Shown: piece after piece, positions 20,332-30,071 of the stretch
How the letters are laid out: each line of letters starts with the position of its first letter
Numbering within the stretch: position 1 is the stretch's first letter
Source of the DNA: an uncultured Candidatus Saccharibacteria bacterium
GTDB taxonomy: Bacteria; Patescibacteriota; Minisyncoccia; Phycocordibacterales; CAIZLB01
Direction: 5' to 3'
Length of the DNA stretch: 54,600 nucleotides
Assembly: GCA_964500215.1 (NCBI GenBank)
Contig: CAZCNA010000001.1
Coordinates: 1 to 54,600 of the forward strand
Notes under the pieces: model-generated
Told to the model about the DNA's origin: nothing
The model's input: the letters and a program-made list of their open reading frames with translations, nothing else
Database searches by the model: none
Made by a program: the position numbers and the translations under genes

Positions 20332-20389
20332 AACGCTAGAATACCACTCCTCTAGGAGAATGGCTAGCCACACGGATGTATTGCTCTTC

Positions 20390-21658
20390 TTATGATAATT
20401 TCAAGAGAGATTTGAGCTTTTGAGCCGTCTTGTGTGGACCCACCAAAGCTACATACATGGCCTCCTCCTTCAATATATCCTTGGCAACACGCTGTACCTG
20501 TTGTACTGAAACATTTTCGATATTCTTAGCCGATTCTTCAGGAGTTTTTATCGTTTTCTTTATCAATTCTTGAAATCCACAATATTCGGCATAGTCATCG
20601 GATGTTTCGAGTCCGAGTACGAGCCCCGAAAGTCTATAATCCTTGATTTTCCGAAGCTCTGGTTCAGTAATACCCTCATCACGAATTGTTCGTAATTCAT
20701 GGAGAATTGCTTGTATAGCCTCAGCAACTTTATCATTGCCTACTCCAGCGCGGATAGTGAGCGATCCATGATCAATCCCCGCATTAAAACTACAACTAAT
20801 GCCATAACACAAACCAAGTTCCTCTCGAATCTTATTAAATAATCTTGAACTCATTCCCCCGCCGAGTGCCGTACTCAATGTATGTGCTACTGCAACTCGC
20901 TTATCAAAAATATTAAACGTTGAAAAAGAAATAATGAGCTGCGTCTGATTTGTGTCCTTGTACATAATTTTTATCGCAGGACCTTTCTTCTTGAGTTGTA
21001 CAGATTCCTTTTTTTGGATAGGCGCTTTTTTCATGTTGCCCAACAATGACTCAACTGTCTTCTCAACATTCTTTGGGACATTGCCAGCAACCACAACAAC
21101 CGTTGCCCCAGGAACATAAAACTTTTTGTGGTACGCAATGAGATCTTCTCTTGTAAAAGAATTCACTGTCTTTTTTGTGCCTATAATTGGCCGACCAAGT
21201 GATGTATCGCCGAACATGAGCTCATCAATAGTATCCCCCACCTTTGTACGAGGATTGTCTTCTCGCATATTTATCTCTTCGATAATCACATTCTTTTCTT
21301 TCTGAAGTTCAGTCTCTGGAAATGTTGAATTCACATAAATATCAGAAATGATATCTATAATTTTGTTCCCATGCTTTTTGTGTGCTTTCGCGTAGTAGCC
21401 AGTATATGTGCCACCAGTATATGCATTATAGTCCGCGCCTATAGAATCCAATTCGTGCGTGAGTACCTGCGAGGTAGGTCGCTTTGTAGTACCTTTGAAA
21501 CACATATGCTCGAGGAAATGCGAGAGGCCACTCTCTTTCTTTGATTCGTATTCTGAACCAGTGCCTACAAGTACGAGCGCGGCCACAGTCTCAACATGAG
21601 GCATAGGAATTGTCAGCAAACGAATGCCGTTTTTGAGAGTAGTTTTATGTAATTTCAT
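20390..21658 (-). CDS. M16-family zinc peptidase (insulinase-like)
   Basis: HFLEHMCFKGT (HxxEH zinc motif). The track start at 21664 is a TTG; the ATG at 21658 is preferred. Confidence 0.9.
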   Translation of the reverse strand: MKLHKTTLKNGIRLLTIPMPHVETVAALVLVGTGSEYESKKESGLSHFLEHMCFKGTTKRPTSQVLTHELDSIGADYNAYTGGTYTGYYAKAHKKHGNKIIDIISDIYVNSTFPETELQKEKNVIIEEINMREDNPRTKVGDTIDELMFGDTSLGRPIIGTKKTVNSFTREDLIAYHKKFYVPGATVVVVAGNVPKNVEKTVESLLGNMKKAPIQKKESVQLKKKGPAIKIMYKDTNQTQLIISFSTFNIFDKRVAVAHTLSTALGGGMSSRLFNKIREELGLCYGISCSFNAGIDHGSLTIRAGVGNDKVAEAIQAILHELRTIRDEGITEPELRKIKDYRLSGLVLGLETSDDYAEYCGFQELIKKTIKTPEESAKNIENVSVQQVQRVAKDILKEEAMYVALVGPHKTAQKLKSLLKLS

Positions 21659-21676
21659 TATCAATCCGTTAGAAAA

Positions 21677-23113
21677 CTAAAAAATGTGTGAAATGAGTTC
21701 TGAGAGAGAAAGTCGTGTTTGTTCACCAGTGTCGCGATCTCGAACAGTCACTGTGTCTTTTTTCTCATCTCCACTTTCACCGAGAGTATCGAAATCAACT
21801 GTCACGCAGAATGGTGTACCTATTTCGTCTTGTCGTCGGTATCGCTTACCAATGTTTCCGTTATCGTCAAAAGAGATTCTATCAAGTGCAATACCTCGAG
21901 CTGCGGCCTCTTTTCGGATATTTATCCAGACATCTTTTGCTTTTGCTACGAGTTCAGGTTTGTTTTTCAAGAGAGGAAAAACAGCAACAAGCACAGGAGC
22001 AACATTTTTTGAAAACTTCATAAATGTTCGTTTTTCGCCACCGAGTTCGTCTTCTGCGTATGCATTTGAGAGTACGGCGAGAACTGTTCGGTCAACACCA
22101 AAAGATGGTTCGATGCAATGTGGCGTGTATCGCTCTTTTGTTTCTTCATCGAAATAGCTCAAATCAACGGTGCTTGCGCCTGTATGTGCGGCGAGGTCAA
22201 AATCAGTTCGGTACGCGAGACCATAGAGCTCTTTTTTGCCGAATGGATAATCAAACTCGAAATCAATTGTTCGTTTTGAATAGTGCGCTCGATCGCCATC
22301 CCCCACTTCGAGTTCGTGAACATTGTTCTGGTTGAGACCAATGTCTTTTGTATATTCCCATACTTCTTTTCGGAGTTCTTCGAATACGCCGGCCCATTCA
22401 GCGGGCTTCACAAAATATTCAATTTCCATCTGTTCGAATTCTCGAGTTCGGAATACAAAATCACGAGGAGCAATTTCGTTTCTGAATGCCTTACCAATCT
22501 GTGCCATACCAAATGGAAGCTTTGGATGGAAGGTGTCGAGAACATTTTTGAAATTCACAAACATACCCTGCGCGGTTTCAGGACGGAGATATGAGATAGA
22601 TGTATCGTCTTGGATTGCGCCAACATTTGTCTTGAACATCATGTTGAACTGTCGAACATCACCGAGTGCATTGCCATCAGGGCTCTTGATTCCCTTCTCT
22701 TTTATGAGAGCATCCATTGCTTCGAGATTCATTCCTTTTGGATCAATCCCTGCATCTTCGAGAAGATGATCAGCTCGATATCGTTTTCTTGTTTTCAAAT
22801 CTTCAACAAGAGGATCAGCAAATCCAGCAACATGTCCAGAAGCTTTCCAAACATTCTGGTGCATCAAAATAGCAGCATCAACACCATACATATCTGTACG
22901 GTTTTCAACAAAACGCTTCCACCAGAGATTCTTTATATTATTTTTGAGAGAAACACCGAGTGGTCCGTAATCCCACGTACCAGCGAGACCGCCGTAAATT
23001 TCTGAACCTTGATAAATAAAACCTCGGCGCTTGGCGAGAGAAATGATGTTTTCCATTGTTGAAGGCTCTTTTTGTGAGCTTGTGTTGCTTGGGGTTGATG
23101 AATCTGTTGACAT
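21677..23113 (-). CDS. glyQS: Glycine--tRNA ligase (class II, alpha2 GlyQS type)
   Basis: LAKRRGFIYQGSEIYGGLAGTWDYGPLG, FRNEIAPR, GVDR. The track start at 23152 is a TTG. ATG candidates are 23113 and 23056 (MENIISLAK...); the N-terminus is uncertain. Confidence 0.9.
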   Translation of the reverse strand: MSTDSSTPSNTSSQKEPSTMENIISLAKRRGFIYQGSEIYGGLAGTWDYGPLGVSLKNNIKNLWWKRFVENRTDMYGVDAAILMHQNVWKASGHVAGFADPLVEDLKTRKRYRADHLLEDAGIDPKGMNLEAMDALIKEKGIKSPDGNALGDVRQFNMMFKTNVGAIQDDTSISYLRPETAQGMFVNFKNVLDTFHPKLPFGMAQIGKAFRNEIAPRDFVFRTREFEQMEIEYFVKPAEWAGVFEELRKEVWEYTKDIGLNQNNVHELEVGDGDRAHYSKRTIDFEFDYPFGKKELYGLAYRTDFDLAAHTGASTVDLSYFDEETKERYTPHCIEPSFGVDRTVLAVLSNAYAEDELGGEKRTFMKFSKNVAPVLVAVFPLLKNKPELVAKAKDVWINIRKEAAARGIALDRISFDDNGNIGKRYRRQDEIGTPFCVTVDFDTLGESGDEKKDTVTVRDRDTGEQTRLSLSELISHIF

Positions 23114-23180
23114 GATGAGGCTAACTATACGCTTCTTAGGCCTTTTTTTCAAGATTTCTGAATTGCGAGGCTACAGTTAC

Positions 23181-23210
23181 AAAAAGCCGCCCCTATCCTG
23201 GGGCGGCCCT
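23181..23210 (-). terminator. Rho-independent terminator of 23215..25164
   Basis: GCCGCCCC-AGGATA-GGGGCGGC followed by TTTTT on the minus strand, directly after the stop codon. Confidence 0.8.
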
Positions 23211-23214
23211 TTTC

Positions 23215-25164
23215 CTACTCTGTTACTTTATCCTGACCGTATATATAGTTTGGATCTTCCTCTATTTTGATATCGCGAGGACCGAGCATTGTTTCTACGA
23301 TGACATCCGAGAAGGCGTCTTTGCCTGCAAGGCGCTGATTATTAATCACTGTTGGACTGGTGCCTATTTGGCTCACACTTGGAGTGAGAACAACTTGGTA
23401 TGAGAATTCCTTGGCTGCAGATGTATACCCTACACCAGGACCGATATCGCCGAGAGTGAATGTGAGTTCACGTTTGTCAGCGTTGTATGTAAAGGCAGAA
23501 TTTTCTGGATACACTTTGTTAATCCATCGAACATAACTTGGGAGTGTTGTTGTGTATGTCACGCCTTTCACAGTGTTGAAAGAGTTTCCTACAGTCACCA
23601 TAACTGTATATGTACTTTCAAGCTCTGCCTTTGGTGGAAACGGACCTGTGTTTTCAAACGGACCAACACTTCGCACAAGGATAGAGTTGAATGCCAACCC
23701 TGATGCGACTTTTACTTCGCGAGAAACTGTTGATTTTATTTCTTCGGGAACATTATCTTCATTCAATCGCTTTCCACGAATTGTAAGTTCGACGTTTATA
23801 GAAGGACGACGGAATTCTGCGTTATTTTTCTCTGTTGGAGGAAGTGAAGCAAACGCAAACTGAACTCGGCCAACCTGGCCCGGACCGATTTGTGCGAGAT
23901 CTTCGAGTGTCGATTTATCCCATAGAATAGTACTGTCTTTTGATCGGTAGAATCCTCGATCCCCGCCCACCGTTGATTTATCAAGCATTGAACCTATAAC
24001 TTTTGCTTCGATAACAATGTCGTTGATTGGCACATCGAGATTATTCTGCCAAATGATTTCACCATTCACTGCATTTCCTGCTGTTGCGACATACACGGGA
24101 TCTCCTTTTCCGTTGAGAGCAATATCCGCGCCGAGGAATGGCTTTTTGACCGCGAGAGCGGCAGTCGTGTTCACAAAGATAGTGCCAATGTTTGATTCAT
24201 CGCGAGCATCCTCTGTTCCAGCATAAAATCTGAATACGCGTTCTTCATTATTTTCACCTACGATTTTCCCTCTCAAAATAATCTTTCGTTCTGCTCCGGG
24301 AGCAATATCTCCAAGATGCCATACATTATCCCCTGACAATGGAGCAACGTCAGAACTCAAATATTTGAATCCAAATGGATAATCCACTTTGAGCACAACT
24401 CCATTCACAACAGATGTAGAGTTTGATACGACATCAATCACAAATTCAGTTTCTTGGTTGGCTGTGATTTCTTTGAGGTATTTTACGTTCAACGTGATTG
24501 GTGAAGATCCGATGAAAATTGGATATTCTTTTTCTTTTACAAAAATAGTGTCTGTTTCAGGCACACGATATTCAAGGGTCACTTTGATAACTTTTCGTAC
24601 GTTTTCTTCTCCAAAGAGAACTGATTTCACATTTGTTCGAATAGTCTCTCCTGCCTTGATTGTACCCACAGGGACACGAGCACTCGACATTGGTGTTTTC
24701 TTGTCACCCGCTTCTCGGGTACCTTCGGGATATGTGACAATCATGTCAGTCAGCACCATATCTGTCTTGTTGAGGTTTGTTATATCCACGTCGAGCGAAA
24801 GTTCTTCGCCGGCAGGCGTAGATACAGGACCAATCAATTTAATATCAATATTATCTGAAGAAATGAGATTGCCTCCGCCTAGATATATATATGCAGCACC
24901 GGCGATTGCAGCAACGAGAACAATACCGGCAAAACCGAGGATGATTTTAAGAAATTTTGATGAAAAACCCTTGTAGCCGCCCGTGGCAGCTTCAGCCTTC
25001 TCTACAGAAATTGTAGAATCTGCATCCTCAGCAGAAGTCCCCCATGATGTATGCACAATAGTGGCATGCGGATGAAGTTTTCCACGATGTGGAGCTGGGA
25101 TAGTATCTGAATTTGAATAGAGCTTTTTCTTTAGTTGTTCAATTTTGCTATCATCTTGCGACAT
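23215..25164 (-). CDS. Membrane-anchored protein with a large repetitive beta-sandwich (CARDB/DUF11-like) ectodomain; function unknown
   Basis: 649 aa: cytoplasmic N-terminus, one TM helix (FLKIILGFAGIVLVAAIAGAAYIYL), then repeated ~100-aa beta-rich units. Confidence 0.6.
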   Translation of the reverse strand: MSQDDSKIEQLKKKLYSNSDTIPAPHRGKLHPHATIVHTSWGTSAEDADSTISVEKAEAATGGYKGFSSKFLKIILGFAGIVLVAAIAGAAYIYLGGGNLISSDNIDIKLIGPVSTPAGEELSLDVDITNLNKTDMVLTDMIVTYPEGTREAGDKKTPMSSARVPVGTIKAGETIRTNVKSVLFGEENVRKVIKVTLEYRVPETDTIFVKEKEYPIFIGSSPITLNVKYLKEITANQETEFVIDVVSNSTSVVNGVVLKVDYPFGFKYLSSDVAPLSGDNVWHLGDIAPGAERKIILRGKIVGENNEERVFRFYAGTEDARDESNIGTIFVNTTAALAVKKPFLGADIALNGKGDPVYVATAGNAVNGEIIWQNNLDVPINDIVIEAKVIGSMLDKSTVGGDRGFYRSKDSTILWDKSTLEDLAQIGPGQVGRVQFAFASLPPTEKNNAEFRRPSINVELTIRGKRLNEDNVPEEIKSTVSREVKVASGLAFNSILVRSVGPFENTGPFPPKAELESTYTVMVTVGNSFNTVKGVTYTTTLPSYVRWINKVYPENSAFTYNADKRELTFTLGDIGPGVGYTSAAKEFSYQVVLTPSVSQIGTSPTVINNQRLAGKDAFSDVIVETMLGPRDIKIEEDPNYIYGQDKVTE

Positions 25165-25242
25165 ACCAAAAGTATATCACACTCTCTCCGAACACATTGT
25201 CCAGAAAAACACAGGTTCCTCGGCGTTTATTGCCACACGAAC

Positions 25243-25845
25243 CTACAAATGACTTTCTTCGAGTGATGCGTAGATTTCTGCTTCCGCTTCCCTTCTCAAT
25301 GAGACAAATTGTTCGAGGATGGGTTGCGAAAATGAAATTTCCTTGAGAAATGGCGTGAGGCGTGCGTCGTTTGTTCCATATCCGAGCACTTTCAATAAAT
25401 AGAGCTTCGCGAGTAACTCAGTGGCGTCAATATATTCTGTGGTAGTCACAAACGAATCACGATCACTAAAGCAAAATGCAGAAACCGTTGATAAAATCTT
25501 GAACACCTCTTCATTACGGCCTTCTTCAGGCATGAGTCGTTTTGTAAACAACAATACACGTGCAAGCATCTTGCGAACAGGCAACGGTAACCGCTTATCA
25601 TAGAGTGAGATAAGCTTTCGAGCGCTTGTGATACGCCACATTTCTTTTCCGCGAACAACAGCGAGTGATGAAAACGAAAATTCCTGCAAAGAGTACCTAA
25701 GTTTTGATTTTAACAAACGCACACCTTGAGCAGAAGCTCGGATGAGACCCAGGTCTTTTGTAAACAATGTATACAGTCGATTAGATTCACCGATATCAAC
25801 GGCTTCAATCACAAATCCTTCTGTTTGATATATATGATATGACAT
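25243..25845 (-). CDS. recO: DNA repair protein RecO (short, 200 aa, no obvious zinc finger)
   Basis: OB-fold N-terminus YQTEGFVIEAVDIGESNRLYTLFTKDLGLIRASAQGVR. Its ATG overlaps the ileS stop (TAATG). Confidence 0.8.
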   Translation of the reverse strand: MSYHIYQTEGFVIEAVDIGESNRLYTLFTKDLGLIRASAQGVRLLKSKLRYSLQEFSFSSLAVVRGKEMWRITSARKLISLYDKRLPLPVRKMLARVLLFTKRLMPEEGRNEEVFKILSTVSAFCFSDRDSFVTTTEYIDATELLAKLYLLKVLGYGTNDARLTPFLKEISFSQPILEQFVSLRREAEAEIYASLEESHL

Positions 25846-28800
25846 TATGCACGAGCGACGTGAACTCGAAGTCGCATCGCATCGATAGCGATTTCTTCAC
25901 CTTCGTTTGCTCCAAATGATACAGATGTCGCCAATACAGCCTTACTGAGCTCTGTTTGATACTTCTTGATCAATGCTTCTGTCGCTTCATCTCCTGCGAT
26001 TGTCATAGAGATTGAGTCTGTTGGAGAAAGGCCGATTTTCTTTCGGATGTCTTGGATTGCGCGCATGAGTTCTCGGAGTGTTCCCTCCTCGATAAGTTCT
26101 GGAGTCAATTGTTGATCAACAGTCACAACATTTTTCACATCAGTCGCAACTGTCTGCCATTGTACGGCCTTAACATTTACTTCATCTTTGATAAGGTCGA
26201 TTGCTTGTGGGAATGTCTCGAATGTTACATCTGCATTCTGTACTGTGACACTCGCAAGTGGTTGTCGAACTTTGAGACTATGTTTTGCTCGGTCGGCAAG
26301 AGCGGCTTCTACTATCTTTCGCACAGCTGTCATTTTCTCGAGCACTTCTGTGTCTGTTTCCACTGTTATTGGCCACCGCTCGAGATGAACACTTTCCTTC
26401 TTTGTGCCTCGTGTAAGTTTCAAATACAAATCTTCTGCAAAGAACGGCGTAAATGGCGCCATAATAAGTGACAATACATATAATACGTATGCGGTTGTAT
26501 CGATGGCCTGTTTCTTGTCTGCAACATCATCACCCTTGTATCTATCTCGTGATCGTCGGAGATACCATGTTGAAAGATCATCAACGAGATCCATGAGTGG
26601 TCGCGCGGCTCGATCAATCTCATATTTTTCAAAAGCAGCTGTTGTCGCATTCACAGTTTCATCAAGTCGAGCAAGAATCCATGTGTCGAGCATATTTGTA
26701 CTTTGTGGTCGTTCGAATGTGCCGGCATATTCACCCGCATATGTCTCATAAAATGTATGTACGTTACCAAGTCGATTGAACAACTTTTTGTTTACTTCAT
26801 CGAGACCTTTTTCTGAGAATAATACTTCTTCACCATGTACCGCCGGTGAAGCCATCAAATAATATCGGAGGGAATCCGCGCCATATTTTTCTACCGTCGG
26901 CATGAGATCGGGATAATTTTTGAGACTCTTTGACATCTTTCGGCCATCTTCAGCGAGAATGAGACCGTTCACAACAACATTTCGATATGGAGCTTTGTTG
27001 AACAATCCCACACACATAACGAGCATGAGATAAAACCACCCTCGAGTTTGGTCGAGACCTTCTGCGATGAAATCAGCAGGAAAAGCTGAACTGCCATCGG
27101 CGAGTAATGTATCTTTTTTCTCAAATGGATAATGCTGACTAGCAAAAGACATTGATCCCGAGTCGTACCACACATCAAATACTTCAGGAATTCGTCGCAT
27201 GACATCCCCTTCTGCATTCACCCATGTGACATCATCAATATATGGTCGGTGCAAATCGAGTTCATACTCTTCATTCTTTGGAAGCTGTTTGAAATCAATT
27301 GCATGAAGAGATGCGGTCGCGTCAGATGTATCTTGCCAATGACCTCGAATCATATCTCGAATAGTCTTCCCCTCGGCGATGAGCTTCGCCAATCGGAGAG
27401 GCAATCCATGCGTAATAATGAGAATATCCTCATTCTTGTGCTTTGCATCTATTTCATACAAGAATTCAGCAACACGTTTTTTGACATCAGCAACAGACTC
27501 GCCATTCGGCGTTCGCTTTGTCATGCGTTCTTCGTTATTTTTGAAATATGCAAATCGCTCCGTCCACGTGCCACCTTCAAACTCCCCTGCGTTCACTTCT
27601 CGGAGTCGTTCGTCGTATATGATTTTTGTTTTATCAAATCCAATTGTCTCTGCCACAAGCTCCGCTGTCTGCTTTGTTCGTTTGAAATCTGAAGCATAGA
27701 TAATAGTCACACCTTTTTCTTTGAGTTCTTCGGCGCTCTTTTGCACTTCACCTACTCCCTTTTCTGTAAGACTGAATTTGTTGAGATCAATAGAGTTAAT
27801 GATGTCTTTTACATTTGATTCAGATTCGCCATGTCGCATCAACACAAAATTGTTTCCGTTTGAAACGATTTTTTCTTTGAGCTCTGCAATTGACCCAATG
27901 AGTTCGATTGCTCCGGTTTGTTCGCCTCGCCATACAGGAAGCGGTGCTCCCCAATATCGACTTCGAGACATTGCCCAATCACGTGCGCCTTCGAGCCATT
28001 TGCCGAATCGTCCTTCGCCAATCTCTTTTGGTACCCAATTCACTTTGTTATTTTCAGCAATGAGCTGGTCTTTCATGGCAGTTACTTTCACAAACCATGA
28101 CGATGTCGCAAAGTTGAGAAGCGGTGTGTCACATCGCCAACAATGTGGATACGAATGAATATATTTTTCTTTTGAAAAGAGAGCCTTTCGTGCAGCCAAT
28201 TGTTTTATCACTTCGATGTCTGTCTTTTGGTGATCCCCTTTTGGCTTCGCCGTCATGCCTGCAAATACAGTCACTTCAGATTTGATTGTACCGTCTGGAA
28301 GAACATGATGAATAACAGGCAGATTGACTGCGCGTGCGAGATTCATGTCATCTTCGCCGAAGGCTGGTGCAATATGCACGATACCTGTACCATCTGTAGC
28401 CGTTACAAAATCCGCGTTATATACCTTCCACGCTTGTGGTCGCTTCATTTCGTTATCACCCTGCAATGTGTTTGGTGCGGTGTAATATTCAAACGGAGGC
28501 TTGTATGAATGTCCGGCAAGCTGTGCGCCTGTGAGTTCTGCGATGACTTCGTGTGCTTCCTTGATAACTTCAAGTCTATCTTTTGCAACGATGTATGTTT
28601 CTTTTGAGCCGTCTTCTTTTGTGACAGCGGCTTTCACATAGGTGATGTCAGGATTAACAGCAAGGGCCACGTTCCCAGGAAGCGTCCAGGGTGTAGTTGT
28701 CCACGCAACGAAAAATGTGCCTGGTTCATCGACGAGTTCGAACTTTGCGTACGCTGATAGATCCGTGATGTCTCTGTATGCACCCGGCTGATTTGTTTCT

Positions 28801-29402
28801 GCATTTGAAAGGACAGTCTGACATCGAGGACAATATGGCATCACTTTGTATCCTTCATAGACGAGACCCTTTGTGTGCAATTCTTTGAAAGACCACATCA
28901 CCGATTCCATGAATGAAGAATCCATTGATCGATAATCGTTTTCCATATCCACCCATCGTCCGAGGCGTGGAATGATTCGTTTCCATTCATCCGCATATCG
29001 AAGCACACTTTCGCGCGCAGCTTTGTTAAAGACATCGATACCGAGTTCTTCGATTTGTTTTTTGTTTTGAAGACCTAATTCTTTTTCGATAAGGTTTTCA
29101 ATTGGAAGACCGTGACAATCCCATCCCCATCGTCGAGGCACGCGAAAACCGCGCATTGTTTTGTATCGTGGAATAACATCTTTGAGTGTAGTTGGAAGAA
29201 TATGACCATAATGTGGAAGTCCCGTTGCATATGGTGGTCCATCATAAAAGACGAAGTTGCCATGAGGGGCATCCTTGGTGAGTGTTTGTTCGAAGATATT
29301 GTGAGATTCCCAATATTCTAATATCTGGTGCTCTCGCTTCCCTGCTGGAGTTTGCTCCAAAACAGGTTGTTCAGTTGTCGGGTTGGCGTCTTCGTTGGTC
29401 AT
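25845..29402 (-). CDS. ileS: Isoleucine--tRNA ligase carrying an in-frame internal histidine-phosphatase domain
   Basis: PHYGH (HIGH, residues 63-67), WTTTPWTLPGN editing domain, CWRCDTP, KMSKS (822-826). 1185 aa, roughly 200 aa of which is the insert described below. Confidence 0.95.
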   Translation of the reverse strand: MTNEDANPTTEQPVLEQTPAGKREHQILEYWESHNIFEQTLTKDAPHGNFVFYDGPPYATGLPHYGHILPTTLKDVIPRYKTMRGFRVPRRWGWDCHGLPIENLIEKELGLQNKKQIEELGIDVFNKAARESVLRYADEWKRIIPRLGRWVDMENDYRSMDSSFMESVMWSFKELHTKGLVYEGYKVMPYCPRCQTVLSNAETNQPGAYRDITDLSAYAKFELVDEPGTFFVAWTTTPWTLPGNVALAVNPDITYVKAAVTKEDGSKETYIVAKDRLEVIKEAHEVIAELTGAQLAGHSYKPPFEYYTAPNTLQGDNEMKRPQAWKVYNADFVTATDGTGIVHIAPAFGEDDMNLARAVNLPVIHHVLPDGTIKSEVTVFAGMTAKPKGDHQKTDIEVIKQLAARKALFSKEKYIHSYPHCWRCDTPLLNFATSSWFVKVTAMKDQLIAENNKVNWVPKEIGEGRFGKWLEGARDWAMSRSRYWGAPLPVWRGEQTGAIELIGSIAELKEKIVSNGNNFVLMRHGESESNVKDIINSIDLNKFSLTEKGVGEVQKSAEELKEKGVTIIYASDFKRTKQTAELVAETIGFDKTKIIYDERLREVNAGEFEGGTWTERFAYFKNNEERMTKRTPNGESVADVKKRVAEFLYEIDAKHKNEDILIITHGLPLRLAKLIAEGKTIRDMIRGHWQDTSDATASLHAIDFKQLPKNEEYELDLHRPYIDDVTWVNAEGDVMRRIPEVFDVWYDSGSMSFASQHYPFEKKDTLLADGSSAFPADFIAEGLDQTRGWFYLMLVMCVGLFNKAPYRNVVVNGLILAEDGRKMSKSLKNYPDLMPTVEKYGADSLRYYLMASPAVHGEEVLFSEKGLDEVNKKLFNRLGNVHTFYETYAGEYAGTFERPQSTNMLDTWILARLDETVNATTAAFEKYEIDRAARPLMDLVDDLSTWYLRRSRDRYKGDDVADKKQAIDTTAYVLYVLSLIMAPFTPFFAEDLYLKLTRGTKKESVHLERWPITVETDTEVLEKMTAVRKIVEAALADRAKHSLKVRQPLASVTVQNADVTFETFPQAIDLIKDEVNVKAVQWQTVATDVKNVVTVDQQLTPELIEEGTLRELMRAIQDIRKKIGLSPTDSISMTIAGDEATEALIKKYQTELSKAVLATSVSFGANEGEEIAIDAMRLRVHVARA
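27267..27860 (-). other. Histidine-phosphatase (PGAM/PhoE/CobC-like) domain inserted within ileS (about residues 515-712)
   Basis: NNFVLMRHGESESN (RHG catalytic motif; His524 codon at 27831-27833), ASDFKRTKQTA, REVNAGEFEGGTW, EDILIITHGLPLR (second catalytic His). Flanked by the IleRS blocks YWGAPLPVW and DLHRPYIDD...EVFDVWYDSGS. Confidence 0.8.
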
Positions 29403-29483
29403 ATATTTATAAAATAAGCGCTTTTATAGTAGCACTTTATGAACAAAAAATGAACGTAGTCTTATGAAATGATGAAAAATATA

Positions 29484-29533
29484 TAAAAAAGAGACCCCCT
29501 GAGAGCGACAGTAACGTGCGCTCCCAGAGGGTC
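29484..29533 (-). terminator. Strong rho-independent terminator (15-bp stem plus TCTTTTTT), about 80 nt upstream of the ileS ATG
   Basis: On the minus strand: GACCCTCTGGGAGCG-CACGTTACTGT-CGCTCTCAGGGGGTC-TCTTTTTT. Stems at 29519-29533 and 29493-29507. Confidence 0.8.
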
Positions 29534-30071
29534 CGGGTGGGGGGATTCAGCGTCTGGAGGGACGGAAAACCCGTAAAGGCTGCCGATGCATGGGCGCCCA
29601 ATTGCAATATCCTTTGGAAAGGCGCTTTTGGGCCCGAAGCTGTCGGTGACTTTTAGTGTTTTTCTTGGTCGCAGCCATGGTCTTTACCGGCAGCGAGCCC
29701 CTTGGTGGTGGCTGTAGCGGGTCAAGCCACCGTGCTGCCGCGTCGGGCGAGCAGCCTTCCGTTCGGGCTTGCGAGGCGTGGCCTCCGTCGCCGTCGGAAT
29801 GTATCCAGTCAATTTCCGATGACCGATGGTGCGGCTCACGTGCGCCAACAACGGGCACTCATCCTGGGGCAGAAACTGCTGGCGAGGAATGCCGAGGCTA
29901 TTGTGAAGCTCCGGCAAGCAATGCTTTTGAACGCTCTCACGAGGTTCATTGGAATCAGTGATGACCAGCACACGGTCATCGACGTACACTTCAATCATGG
30001 GTCAATAATAGGTTTGTTTGATTTTCGTTTCCACGTCGACTGGCACCCTTCGTGTGTTCAGTCCGAGGGGT
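29534..30071 (-). other. GC-rich transcription unit of unknown product (candidate 104-aa basic ORF at 29684..29998, or a structured RNA / ileS leader)
   Basis: Bounded by a consensus promoter and a strong terminator. GC is 42/60 on line 29701-29760, against 22/60 on a typical coding line (35041-35100). Nested helices are present, e.g. CGGCAGC-AC-GGTGGCT-(11 nt)-AGCCACC-(12 nt)-GCTGCCG. There is no Shine-Dalgarno sequence before the ATG at 29998. Confidence 0.4.

Noticed and set aside
21684-24976. Long antisense ORFs inside glyQS and the 649-aa membrane-protein gene (e.g. 21684..22157, 22323..22769, 24389..24976)
   Set aside because: They are shadow ORFs opposite well-supported genes, with Ser/Arg/Phe-rich compositions typical of antisense translation.
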